From: Candidatus Thorarchaeota archaeon SMTZ1-45
GTDB taxonomy: Archaea; Asgardarchaeota; Thorarchaeia; Thorarchaeales; Thorarchaeaceae
Assembly: GCA_001563335.1 (NCBI GenBank)
Contig: LRSL01000050.1
Location: 1 to 19,967, forward strand
Length of the DNA: 19,967 nt
Direction of reading: 5' to 3'
The notes under the pieces were generated by a model. The model saw only the letters and a list, made by a program, of their open reading frames with translations, had not been told where the DNA came from and made no database searches. This document shows positions 1 through 9,064 of this stretch, piece after piece (positions within the stretch are counted from its first letter, which is position 1; each line of letters begins with the position of its first letter). Made by a program: the position numbers and the translations under genes.

Positions 1-345
1 CCTTACGACTTAATCACGTTCGTGGAACGTCTACCAGAATCATGGGCAACCTATTTCTACTTGTCAATTGGCCATCCAGAAAAGGATGCAGAGTTCCTGA
101 GAGAACGTTCTCCAAGCACGTACATGGATCAGCTGATAGCGCCTTTGCTTGTTATACAGGGTAAAAACGATCCTCGAGTAGTTGAGAGAGAGTCTAAAGA
201 TATTGTCGTTAGATTGAATGCATCTGGCAAGCACGTGGAATATCTCATGTTCGAGAATGAAGGACATGATGTCATTAAATTTAACAACAAAGTAACAGTT
301 TACAACAAGATTGTCGAATTCTTTGAGGAACATTTGAAGCCATAA
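1..345 (+). CDS. S9 family (prolyl oligopeptidase/acylaminoacyl-peptidase-like) serine peptidase, C-terminal fragment truncated by the window start
   Basis: Frame is open from base 1 (PYDLITFVERLPESW...). Motifs PLLVIQGKNDPRV (catalytic Asp) and FENEGHD (catalytic His) are typical of the S9 C-terminus. Confidence 0.9.
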   Translation, partial: PYDLITFVERLPESWATYFYLSIGHPEKDAEFLRERSPSTYMDQLIAPLLVIQGKNDPRVVERESKDIVVRLNASGKHVEYLMFENEGHDVIKFNNKVTVYNKIVEFFEEHLKP

Positions 346-397
346 TGTCTTTCAAATGTCATATTTCAATATTGAGTCTGTCGAAAACGGAATTGAT

Positions 398-2263
398 TCA
401 TAATTCAAATTCTTGGTCCTTCCACCAGCCTATGACAATGATAACAGACACTATAGCAACTATTGCTATTGAAAAAGTGGGAATAGAAAGTACTTCAGGT
501 TCAGCCAAAAATGGATTTGAACCTGCAAGGAACTCTTCTATGTTTGTTTTACCATCTTCATCGGGATCTTGGTCAGCATCATTAGCAAGAGGATTGAGAC
601 CGTATTCATGTTCCCAACCATCAGGCATCAAATCGAAATCAGTATCAACACTCCAAGGGTTAAGGCCGAGAATATATTCTTCAGCATTTGATAGAGAATC
701 ACCATCATAATCTGCAGCTCCATCAGAAGGATCAGTTGGATCAAACCCATTATCGATCTCATATTTGTCATCCATAGAATCTGAATCTGAGTCAATGTTG
801 TTGTCATCAGTACCAAGAAAGAGTTCATCAGCAGTTGAAATTCCATCAGAATCTGAATCAGTGCCAAATAGCCTGGTATCTATCCAGAACTCTTTACTAT
901 CAAGAATACCGTTGTGGTCGATATCACTGTCATAGGAGTAGCAGAGCTCGAATCCTACGACATCATTTCCAGTATTATTTAGAATAAGAGTATAGAGTCC
1001 CCTATTTGAAACAGATATGTTGAACAAATTGGTATGTTCCCAAGCTGATGCATGGTCAAACTCAGCAACTCCTATTACTTGGTCAAAAGGGTCTGTAATA
1101 GAAAATGAAGCAGGACCGACAAACCATCTGCATGTAACTTCTATGTTTGTCGCTACTGTGATAGGTATGTAGATCTTTTCTGTCCAACCATGTTGAATAA
1201 TAAAGGAGAAGTTGAATTCTCTACGCTCTCCATAAGTCCGACCCATTACATAAGCCATACTTCCACCGATAGCTGCGGCTACCTCTCTGCAAATATCATA
1301 GTTAAACAATACGTTGAAGTAAACATCATTCCCACTATGATAGGATGGATCAACAGCCCACCCTGATTCAAAAGCACAGATTGTTCCTGAGAATCCTCTT
1401 ATATAGAATGGATAATGGTCTGAAATCCCCCAGAGAGGGAAGAGGAATGAAGGAACTGGTGATATATAATTCGAGCCATAGTTATTACTGATTGTCCTAG
1501 TTAGTTCTGCCCAATACTGACCTCTGCTATAGTCACCAATACCATCATAGCCCATGAGTACCTTCTCGTCATTAGGTGCATCAGGATCTGGATATAGAAT
1601 AGTATCGATGTTGAAAAGGGCAAGAGTTTCAATTCCTCTATGTTCAAATTCAGTTGAAACCTCTCGACTTCCTTCCAAGTAATCCACCATCTCTCTACCG
1701 TGTGGGTGAAGCCCATTGAGAGCTACGAAATATATATCTAAGGGCCACTTGAATTTAGACATAACTTCTGCCAAAACAAGCATTGCCGCAATACCTGCTC
1801 CATTGCAATTTGCACCAGGACATCCATCAGGAGAGTCATAATGCGCTGTTACAATAAATACTGGATTGTTGCCTGGTAAATATCCTGGTAGTTTTCCGAC
1901 GACATTATAATAACTTCCAATGATTTCAATCTCAATCTTTCCACCGGATAGTCCATCTAATTGTCCTATTATATAATTTCGAGCATACTTATTCGGACCC
2001 TCGATATCTGCATCAAATACAGCGCTGATATATCGCGAACCATTTTCAGTAAAACGCTGTACAATACTTCGTATCTTAGAAATTGCTATTTCTTCATAGA
2101 TTTCTTCAATGACTAATTCACCATATACATGTCCAGAGGCAACTTCCGCTTTGGTAACTTTCAAAATTGATCTATCTCTGATTGTGGGATTTTCGGATAT
2201 TGGTACCAAAAGAAGGAATGAAAAGATGATTACAAACCACAATCGCTTCAAGGGTTTTACCAT
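398..2263 (-). CDS. Secreted, membrane-anchored M28 peptidase-fold protein with Ca-binding TSP3-like (DxDxDG) repeats and an atypical active site
   Basis: N-terminal hydrophobic signal; M28 motifs YNVVGKLPG, AHYDS, PGANCNG, NIDTI, SDH and YHS; six DxDxDG...G[TFLS][DN][DP]-type repeats; C-terminal TM helix followed by WWK. Confidence 0.85.
   Translation of the reverse strand: MVKPLKRLWFVIIFSFLLLVPISENPTIRDRSILKVTKAEVASGHVYGELVIEEIYEEIAISKIRSIVQRFTENGSRYISAVFDADIEGPNKYARNYIIGQLDGLSGGKIEIEIIGSYYNVVGKLPGYLPGNNPVFIVTAHYDSPDGCPGANCNGAGIAAMLVLAEVMSKFKWPLDIYFVALNGLHPHGREMVDYLEGSREVSTEFEHRGIETLALFNIDTILYPDPDAPNDEKVLMGYDGIGDYSRGQYWAELTRTISNNYGSNYISPVPSFLFPLWGISDHYPFYIRGFSGTICAFESGWAVDPSYHSGNDVYFNVLFNYDICREVAAAIGGSMAYVMGRTYGERREFNFSFIIQHGWTEKIYIPITVATNIEVTCRWFVGPASFSITDPFDQVIGVAEFDHASAWEHTNLFNISVSNRGLYTLILNNTGNDVVGFELCYSYDSDIDHNGILDSKEFWIDTRLFGTDSDSDGISTADELFLGTDDNNIDSDSDSMDDKYEIDNGFDPTDPSDGAADYDGDSLSNAEEYILGLNPWSVDTDFDLMPDGWEHEYGLNPLANDADQDPDEDGKTNIEEFLAGSNPFLAEPEVLSIPTFSIAIVAIVSVIIVIGWWKDQEFEL
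510..931 (-). repeat. Coding tandem Asp-rich TSP3-like calcium-binding repeats within the M28 protein
   Basis: DSDIDHNGILD, DSDSDGISTADE, DSDSDSMDDKYE, DYDGDSLSNAEE, DTDFDLMPDGWE and DPDEDGKTNIEE, mostly followed by GTD/GFDP/GLNP/GSNP. Confidence 0.8.
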
Positions 2264-2402
2264 TGCGCATATCCTCCGAGCAGGCCTCTCAAATTAATTC
2301 GGAACCGTTAAAGAAATCCTACTATAAGCGCAATCTCTGCCTATGATGTTATAGCTATGAAAAGAAACACCTTCGAAATTATAATGAATAAAGGAAATCG
2401 AA

Positions 2403-2440
2403 TGATTAACAAGTCAAGACATGTTGACTAACTAGTCAAG
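2403..2440. promoter_or_regulatory. Tandem palindromic operator, probable transcription-factor binding site
   Basis: Perfect inverted repeat TTGACTA-AC-TAGTCAA (2424-2439). A 14/16 identical copy lies 22 bp upstream (TGATTAACAAGTCAAG 2403-2418 vs TGACTAACTAGTCAAG 2425-2440), in the divergent intergenic region before the ArsR gene. Confidence 0.65.
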
Positions 2441-2487
2441 GACCGTAGGATTATATCATTCCATTCCCTTGTCAATCGTGAAGAAAA

Positions 2488-2940
2488 ATGACCTCGGATG
2501 AAGTGTTTGAAGCAATTTCTCACCCAATGAGAATTGCTATCTTGAAGGAACTTGCCAAGAAACCTACACGTTTTGCAGATCTGAAACGGAAACTACGGAT
2601 TAAGAGTAGCGGTCTCCTGGACTTTCATCTCAAGAAAATGGACACAGTCGTGACAACTGACAAAGATGGAAGGTATACTCTGAATGATAGGGGATTTGCA
2701 GCTCTTAGGGCAGTCTATGTTGTTTCGAACTATGGATGGCAACGAAGAGCGTGGTTCATCAATGTGGCAACTATCCTTTTCATCAATGTCTACATGTTCT
2801 TCTCAATTCCCGAATTCTTTGTTTTCAGTGCAGTGCCAACATTTGGGTGGTTGGTCTTTTACAGTTATTGGACATTTGTGAAGAGGCGAGTACGACTGAG
2901 AAACAATGGCATCGAAACTGAAAATGTGGAGGTGTCCTAG
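2488..2940 (+). CDS. ArsR-like winged-helix transcriptional regulator with C-terminal transmembrane segments
   Basis: VFEAISHPMRIAILKEL...RFADLKRKL...SSGLLDFHLKKM...GRYTLNDRG winged HTH, followed by two hydrophobic stretches flanked by basic residues. Confidence 0.85.
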   Translation: MTSDEVFEAISHPMRIAILKELAKKPTRFADLKRKLRIKSSGLLDFHLKKMDTVVTTDKDGRYTLNDRGFAALRAVYVVSNYGWQRRAWFINVATILFINVYMFFSIPEFFVFSAVPTFGWLVFYSYWTFVKRRVRLRNNGIETENVEVS

Positions 2941-3033
2941 GATGAATTATCGCGTAGTTGTTAAACATTATATATCTTCTAGAGAAGCATGCACATCCGA
3001 GAGTTTCTTCATTGAACGAAGGGAGTTTGAATT

Positions 3034-3816
3034 ATGGTGACTGCTGTAAAAATTGAAAATCTTGTGAAGACCTTTGGAGACTTGGTCGCTGTCAACGAAC
3101 TCACACTAGATATTCGGGAAGGTGAGATTTATGGTCTTCTTGGTCCCAATGGTGCTGGGAAAACTACAACAATCAAAATGCTGATGGGACTGCTGGATCC
3201 AGACTCTGGTCATGCTAGTGTGTTTGGTATCGATTCATCAAAAGACCCGGTAGAGGTCAAACGTCTTGTTGGATATGTGCCTGAAGACCAACAGCTATAT
3301 GATTCACTTACCCCGCGGGAGCTTTTTGATTTCATTGCATCAATTAGGCAGCTCCCTCAGGAAAGGATTAACAAGAGAATCAAGGAGTTTGTGAAAGCTC
3401 TCGATTTCGGAAAGCATTATGACAAGATGATTGTCACACTCTCACAGGGTAACAAGCAAAAGACTATGTTGATAGCAGCTCTCCTACATGCTCCCAAGCT
3501 ATTGATACTCGATGAACCATTCTCAAGCCTCGATGTTCGTTCAGCAAAAATCATGAAAGACATCGTAAGGATACACGCTGAAAACGGAGGTTCAGTTTTA
3601 CTTAGCACTCATGTCATGGAAGTTGCTGAGGGTCTATGCGATCGTGTTGGCATAATCGATGAGGGAAGTTTAGTTGCAGAGGGCACACTTGAAGAACTCC
3701 GTGTTCAGGCTCATAAAGAAGCAGCGACTCTTGAAAGTCTGTTTTTGAAACTAACAGAACAGGAAGAAGAGGTTGAAGAAGGAGTGTCTGTCCTTAGGGA
3801 GGCACTGGCAGAATGA
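3034..3816 (+). CDS. ABC transporter ATP-binding protein (ABC-2/drug-exporter type)
   Basis: Walker A GPNGAGKTT, signature LSQGNKQK, Walker B LLILDEP, H-loop STH; GGGAG upstream. Confidence 0.95.
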   Translation: MVTAVKIENLVKTFGDLVAVNELTLDIREGEIYGLLGPNGAGKTTTIKMLMGLLDPDSGHASVFGIDSSKDPVEVKRLVGYVPEDQQLYDSLTPRELFDFIASIRQLPQERINKRIKEFVKALDFGKHYDKMIVTLSQGNKQKTMLIAALLHAPKLLILDEPFSSLDVRSAKIMKDIVRIHAENGGSVLLSTHVMEVAEGLCDRVGIIDEGSLVAEGTLEELRVQAHKEAATLESLFLKLTEQEEEVEEGVSVLREALAE

Positions 3817-5450
3817 GATTCTCAGAGAGCTGGAAACTAGCTGGAGTCATAGCTCAAGAATCTCGTTTCCAAGCTTTTCTAGAGATGAACCCATCCAATC
3901 TTGCTCGTGTAAAAGAAGAACCCGAGAAGATTGCTCGATCGATTAAATCATCAAGTCGCATCAGCTATTTTATGACTACCATCATTTTATTGATGATTGC
4001 TGTTATTGCACTTGCTGCGTCTTCATTTGATGTATCACTAGGAAACCCAGAAGCTAGGTTAGCTATTGGTTTCACAGTTTATCTGGCGTTGAGTTTTGTC
4101 GTGGTATTCTTTCTTAACCTCACATCCACCACTGGACTAATCACATCCGGTGCGATGAATCTACCAGCCACCTTACCTCTAAGTAAGGCGGATATTGAAC
4201 AACTCTCATTCATGACCTTTGCCAGAGTATTTCTAGCTCCAGTGTTGCTTTCTCTTATAATATTCCCAATCGGAAGTTTACTTGTGTTTGGACCTTTGGT
4301 TGCAATAGTTGCTTTTGTTGCATGTTCGAGTACAGTGTCAATCGCCATAGCAGCTCTCATAGCAATGTCAAAATGGTTCCATAAGAAGTCGCATTCATCA
4401 GATGAATCAAGAAGCTCCGCTTTTGTCAGAATTGCTGCTTCGCTTGGTATTGTTATAGGCATGGTCAGTGTGTATGGCTTAAGCAGCTATCTTCCTGATC
4501 TTATGCGATTCATAATTGAACTTTCAAGTATTTGGGGTGAAACTGCGTTCACTACTTTGGCACTAGTCTTTCCGTTTTCATTCGGTTTCTTTGCAGCTTC
4601 ACTAGCGTTTGAAACGCCAGTCAGCACTATTCTTGCATCCGCAATTGGGACCCTCTTGTACACTTTGCTAGCAATAGTTGCATACCAACGAAGTGGAAGA
4701 TCACTTAGACAAATCACTATTAGTGGAGTGCCAACTACGCAAATCAATGTAGAGAAAGAAGTCATTATCAGATTAACTAGTCCGTTAAAGGCAATGATTA
4801 GAAAAGACCTCAAATTGGCTACACGAAATGTTGGATCCGCGTTTGTGTTTGCAATTCCTATTTTCCTAGTTGTTATGTTATTTCCAATGATTCAGTATTG
4901 GAAAGTTGATGGGTTGCTTAGAAGTATGACTGCTTTGACAGCAGTTAATTATGCCAACCTATTTGGCGGAATTTCATTAGTATCCATACTGATGTTCGAT
5001 ACACAAGGCGCATCTGTTCATGAAGGATTACCAATAAGCTCCAAGCTTGTTCTTCAAAGTAAAACATCAATACTACTCGTACCGTATATCTTGAGCATGA
5101 TTGCTATCGACATTATGATTTTAATTAACAATCCAATCACACCACTTCTATTACTTATCCCAATCATCCAGTTTCCTGTTGGATATTTTGTAGGAATGGC
5201 AGTAGGTACAACAGTATTCAGAATAAGAGGTGGTGGCAGAGCAGTGGCAGTAAATGTCGCCTCTGACCAGGCAATGGGTTTAGTTTCTGCAGCAATTGGA
5301 ACAATTGCAGGTATTCTTCCTCTTCTTGGATTTGGGATTGCAATGCTTGTCACAGGGTCTCAAGTTGTAAGTCTTGCATGTCAGAGCATATTGGTACTGG
5401 TTTCAATCTTAGTCGCTCAGAAATTCATACCAAGACTCCTGAAGGATTGA
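3813..5450 (+). CDS. ABC-2 type exporter permease (large, about 12-14 TM)
   Basis: ATGA overlap with the ATPase stop (translational coupling); many TM helices; AMIRKDLKLATRN begins a second permease half. Confidence 0.85.
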   Translation: MRFSESWKLAGVIAQESRFQAFLEMNPSNLARVKEEPEKIARSIKSSSRISYFMTTIILLMIAVIALAASSFDVSLGNPEARLAIGFTVYLALSFVVVFFLNLTSTTGLITSGAMNLPATLPLSKADIEQLSFMTFARVFLAPVLLSLIIFPIGSLLVFGPLVAIVAFVACSSTVSIAIAALIAMSKWFHKKSHSSDESRSSAFVRIAASLGIVIGMVSVYGLSSYLPDLMRFIIELSSIWGETAFTTLALVFPFSFGFFAASLAFETPVSTILASAIGTLLYTLLAIVAYQRSGRSLRQITISGVPTTQINVEKEVIIRLTSPLKAMIRKDLKLATRNVGSAFVFAIPIFLVVMLFPMIQYWKVDGLLRSMTALTAVNYANLFGGISLVSILMFDTQGASVHEGLPISSKLVLQSKTSILLVPYILSMIAIDIMILINNPITPLLLLIPIIQFPVGYFVGMAVGTTVFRIRGGGRAVAVNVASDQAMGLVSAAIGTIAGILPLLGFGIAMLVTGSQVVSLACQSILVLVSILVAQKFIPRLLKD

Positions 5451-5565
5451 TTTCACTAATAAACCAATTTTCAATTCTTTATACACAACCCATTAAACCT
5501 TACATAGTTTAGACTCTTTCAATTCTAGGTAAGATAATCCTGATTGTGTAATGGTGTAATAACAG

Positions 5566-6816
5566 ATGTCTGAAAATGAGCCCCAAGAAAATGAAAATTC
5601 AATGTTCCAGAGGGTTCGCTTAATTCTATTTGAACCATCAACTGATATTCAATCTGACATTCTTCGAATGAATGCTAAACTTCTGTCTTTTGCATTATTT
5701 CTTATTGTTATTCTCCTTCCATTTATTCAATTACTATTGGGCATCCTGCTTGGTAATATTCCATTATTTTTCTTTGCTTCTGCTATCTTCTTCTTTCTTT
5801 ATCTAATTAGTAGAACAAAGTATGCAGTGATTGCAGGAATGCTTACTACTCTTTGTATGGCTATAATGCCTTTCCTTTTCCTATCAGTTGAATTTAATCA
5901 GGAACCCGTGAGGGTAGTAATGAATATCATTATCTGGCCTGTCATTGCAGCGCTTTTTGGTAGCCAATGGTTAACTGCGAAATTAGAAGCTCTACTCATT
6001 TCTTGTGAAACAATAGGTCTTTCCATCTACTGCTACCTCCATCCTAATATTGGACTTGGTATTGCGTTTGAACCCATTGTTGATCAAGCAGCACTCTCTC
6101 TTGTTGTACTGATTTTTACCTGGATGTTACATTATTATTTGTCTCAACTAGAAGAACACAGACAATTCCTTGAGCAACGTCAGCGTGAGCTTGAGGTTTA
6201 TACTTCAGTCTTGACTCATGACCTCGGCAATGATATGCAAATAGTACGAGGTCTTGTTGAACTATTACATGAAACAACTCAAGTGCCTGAGGATAAGGAG
6301 TTATATCTCTTGACATCTCTTGCTGTCAGTGAAAGGATGTCACGAGTTATCAAACTCTTCTCAGTTGTTGGACGCGGTGTAGAATATGATTTTCTTGAAA
6401 CCCTTCAAACAATGGCTAACAGAGCAAAGGATGCTACTGGAGGGGCTCATGTAAGTCTCCTCATTGAACCTGACATTCGCTCAGCTGATATCCGACCGGG
6501 TATCTTACTTCCATTGGTTCTGGAAAATCTGATGAGGAACACTGCAGATTATGCTGGTGAAAGTGCTGTTGTGACTATACGTCTAGGACTCGTGGAGAAG
6601 AGATTGATAATCACATACCGGGACAATGGACCTGGTATCGATCCTAGCATCAGAGATCGCATTTTTCAAAAAGGAGTCACAACTAAAGGTGAAGGAAAAG
6701 GTCTTGGTCTATATCTCTCAAAGAGAATTGTAGAATCATACGGTGGCACAATTGAGTTGTTGGACGAGAAGGAAAGAAGAGGGGCCGCATTTCTTATCTC
6801 AGTTCCAGTTCGATAA
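5566..6816 (+). CDS. Membrane-bound sensor histidine kinase
   Basis: About 6 N-terminal TM helices, a coiled coil, H-box THDLGND, N-box ENLMRN, G1 DNGPGI, F-box IFQKG, G2 GKGLGL. Confidence 0.93.
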   Translation: MSENEPQENENSMFQRVRLILFEPSTDIQSDILRMNAKLLSFALFLIVILLPFIQLLLGILLGNIPLFFFASAIFFFLYLISRTKYAVIAGMLTTLCMAIMPFLFLSVEFNQEPVRVVMNIIIWPVIAALFGSQWLTAKLEALLISCETIGLSIYCYLHPNIGLGIAFEPIVDQAALSLVVLIFTWMLHYYLSQLEEHRQFLEQRQRELEVYTSVLTHDLGNDMQIVRGLVELLHETTQVPEDKELYLLTSLAVSERMSRVIKLFSVVGRGVEYDFLETLQTMANRAKDATGGAHVSLLIEPDIRSADIRPGILLPLVLENLMRNTADYAGESAVVTIRLGLVEKRLIITYRDNGPGIDPSIRDRIFQKGVTTKGEGKGLGLYLSKRIVESYGGTIELLDEKERRGAAFLISVPVR

Positions 6817-6847
6817 AATATGATTTGGTTTAATTAGGACAAAGCTT

Positions 6848-7468
6848 ATGCAATCATCCATGGGATTCAGTATTCGCAAATATCCGCTGACAACAATAAG
6901 CGGTGCATTAGTCATTCTCTTCTATTGTGTATTCACACTTATTTCTTGGGCTTTCTATCCCGAGCCATATGGACCAAGCACTCATTACCTCAGTCGCTTG
7001 GGTAATTTTAATTACAGCCCGTTTGGAGCGTATTTCTACAATTGGGGGTGTATATTAACAGGAATTGCTTTGATTCCCTTCTTTATGAGTTTGAAGGATT
7101 GGTGGACTGAGAATATAATCCAGAGGTTGATCATGTTTATTGGTCAGGTACTTGGAATTGCTTCTGGTTTTGGGCTAATGGCGATTGGAGTGTTTTCAGA
7201 AGATCAAGGTGAACCACATATGTTGGCGTCCAGCACCTTCTTCATGATCCTGTTTTTTGTACTCATACTAATCATCATTGCTCTTTTCCTAAATCCAACA
7301 TTGAATAAGTTGGTTGGACTTTATGGTTTGGTAATCGTTTTCTCAAGTCTAGCTTTTGCACTCACCTTTGGTGGTCCTTTAACTGAGTGGTATACTGTCT
7401 TTGGTTCACTGTTATTTGTAGGACTTCTTTCAATAAATAGTATGAAATTGAATTACTACCTATATTGA
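6848..7468 (+). CDS. DUF998-like membrane protein
   Basis: About 6 TM helices; YLSRLG, FYNWGCILTG and GVFSED...H motifs resemble the DUF998/Frag1-like family. Confidence 0.65.
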   Translation: MQSSMGFSIRKYPLTTISGALVILFYCVFTLISWAFYPEPYGPSTHYLSRLGNFNYSPFGAYFYNWGCILTGIALIPFFMSLKDWWTENIIQRLIMFIGQVLGIASGFGLMAIGVFSEDQGEPHMLASSTFFMILFFVLILIIIALFLNPTLNKLVGLYGLVIVFSSLAFALTFGGPLTEWYTVFGSLLFVGLLSINSMKLNYYLY

Positions 7469-7536
7469 AAATGAGTCATCATCGACACTGACTTAAGCCA
7501 GTCTGATTCGTTACCGCAAGACTTCGAGGCAAAGAC

Positions 7537-8802
7537 ATGAAGAAAGAAACCTTGACTGATGGTGACCTACCATTAGTTAGCAGTTCGCGTCCTGGCAGAC
7601 TTGGTCTTAGCCCTAACCTATGGAGATTGGCTGCAGTTATTGCCATTGCACAGTTCTCAACAGCTCTTTGGAAATGGGAATTTAGTATCTTTCTTGAGGG
7701 TTTCCTTGAACCTTGGCAAATTGGATTTGTGTTCTCACTTGCCACTTTTTCCGGGCTTATTGCCAGTGTTTTCTCTGGATATATTGCTGACTTTATTGGT
7801 AGAAAGTGGACAATCTCCCTAGGTTTCTTACCGATAGTTATTGGACTCTTCACGATGTCATTCTTTCCTATATGGCCCTATGTTGCAATACAATATGGCT
7901 TAGTCTGGTTCGGTATGAGCACTGCACGGCTTATGGCTAGAGCTATCCCTGCAGACGAGATTGCGTCTGATGACGGAAGTAATCCCGCACGGCGTCTCAT
8001 GATGGTAATGATGCCTTTGTGGTTTGTCGACGCGCTCGGTCCTTTCACTGGCTCCTTTCTTCTGAGTTCTGGATATCAATCTGGAAATCTTCACTTCATA
8101 GGTTCAATCTGTGCTATCTTTACATTCGTTTCTGCAATCATACTATTGAAAGAATCACTTGGAGCTGAAGTCATTAAAAAAGCCCGTGCAGGTCCAAAGA
8201 TCTCTTTTCGAAGGCTTGGACGTAGTTTTTGGTTACTTTCACTTGGTATGATTGGATTTGTGTTCGCTTGGAGTAGTTCAATTCCATATCTCGGAAACCT
8301 TAGTGTCGGGCCTTGGAATGTTGATACTGTAACCTATGGTCTCACTTGGAGTTTGTTCTCAATCACAAGCGCTTGCATAATGTATCCTGCTAGTAATCTT
8401 ACAGATAGAAATCTGAAGGGCACTTTATTGGCTGGAGTACTAGGAAACGCATTGATTCTCTTGTGGTTTAGTCAAGGAAGTGGAGTAGTCATGATGTATC
8501 TCATCAATTTTGTCTGGGCAATTCCATTTGTGCTCTGGACTGGTTCTGTGAAAAGCATTACTGTCCTCGTTGTGTCCGAAGAAGTCAAAGGACGAGCACT
8601 CGGTACCTATGATTTTCTAATGGGAATTGTTGGTATGATCGCTCAGATTTTTGGTGCTGCAGTGTGGGAAATCTCAGGCAGTCTTCGAGTTGTCTATGGT
8701 GTTGCAGGTTTAATCGCTTTAGTCACTTCAGTACTAGTATTTATTATACTCAGATTAATCCAAATCCCCAACCATTTAGAGAAGCCAATGGAGTCCACCT
8801 GA
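7537..8802 (+). CDS. Major facilitator superfamily transporter
   Basis: About 12 TM helices; motif A GYIADFIGRK; EEVKGRALG in the C-terminal half. Confidence 0.92.
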   Translation: MKKETLTDGDLPLVSSSRPGRLGLSPNLWRLAAVIAIAQFSTALWKWEFSIFLEGFLEPWQIGFVFSLATFSGLIASVFSGYIADFIGRKWTISLGFLPIVIGLFTMSFFPIWPYVAIQYGLVWFGMSTARLMARAIPADEIASDDGSNPARRLMMVMMPLWFVDALGPFTGSFLLSSGYQSGNLHFIGSICAIFTFVSAIILLKESLGAEVIKKARAGPKISFRRLGRSFWLLSLGMIGFVFAWSSSIPYLGNLSVGPWNVDTVTYGLTWSLFSITSACIMYPASNLTDRNLKGTLLAGVLGNALILLWFSQGSGVVMMYLINFVWAIPFVLWTGSVKSITVLVVSEEVKGRALGTYDFLMGIVGMIAQIFGAAVWEISGSLRVVYGVAGLIALVTSVLVFIILRLIQIPNHLEKPMEST

Positions 8803-8809
8803 ATTTTAA

Positions 8810-9064
8810 AACTCAAAGGTTTCCGAATCATTTTCTGAAGAGTATTGTTACTCGCACCGCCTTGCGACAGAACCCTCTGCAATCAGCGTTTTTCAGGTAG
8901 AAAGAATTACAGAGCTAGAGAATATCTATCGCACTATCAACAAGAAGCAAGGGATTTTGAAACTCACTACATATGTATATTTCACTGCAACAGTCGACCA
9001 ACCATTATCTAATCTTATGCTATACGAAATGTTGGTTGAAGCAGGTTTACGTGAAATAAGTTAG
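8810..9064 (+). pseudogene. Possible gene remnant or unannotated small ORF (84 sense codons, no clear upstream start)
   Basis: Stop-free frame NSKVSESFSEEYCYSHRLATEPSAISVFQVERITELENIYRTINKKQGILKLTTYVYFTATVDQPLSNLMLYEMLVEAGLREIS* fills the gap. Its TAG (9062-9064) abuts the radical SAM stop (9065-9067). Confidence 0.25.

Noticed and set aside
510-931. Repeated nucleotide words such as AGAATCTGAATC as a CRISPR or tandem DNA repeat
   Set aside because: They are explained by coding Asp-Ser repeats; there is no constant repeat-spacer structure.
7466-7510. Possible C/D-box sRNA (two CTGA on +, ATGATGA on -)
   Set aside because: The C and D boxes lie on opposite strands; no canonical C...D arrangement exists on either strand.
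8800-8812. TTTTAAAA slippery site joining the MFS to the downstream open frame
   Set aside because: It lies after the MFS stop codon, and the MFS is already complete.
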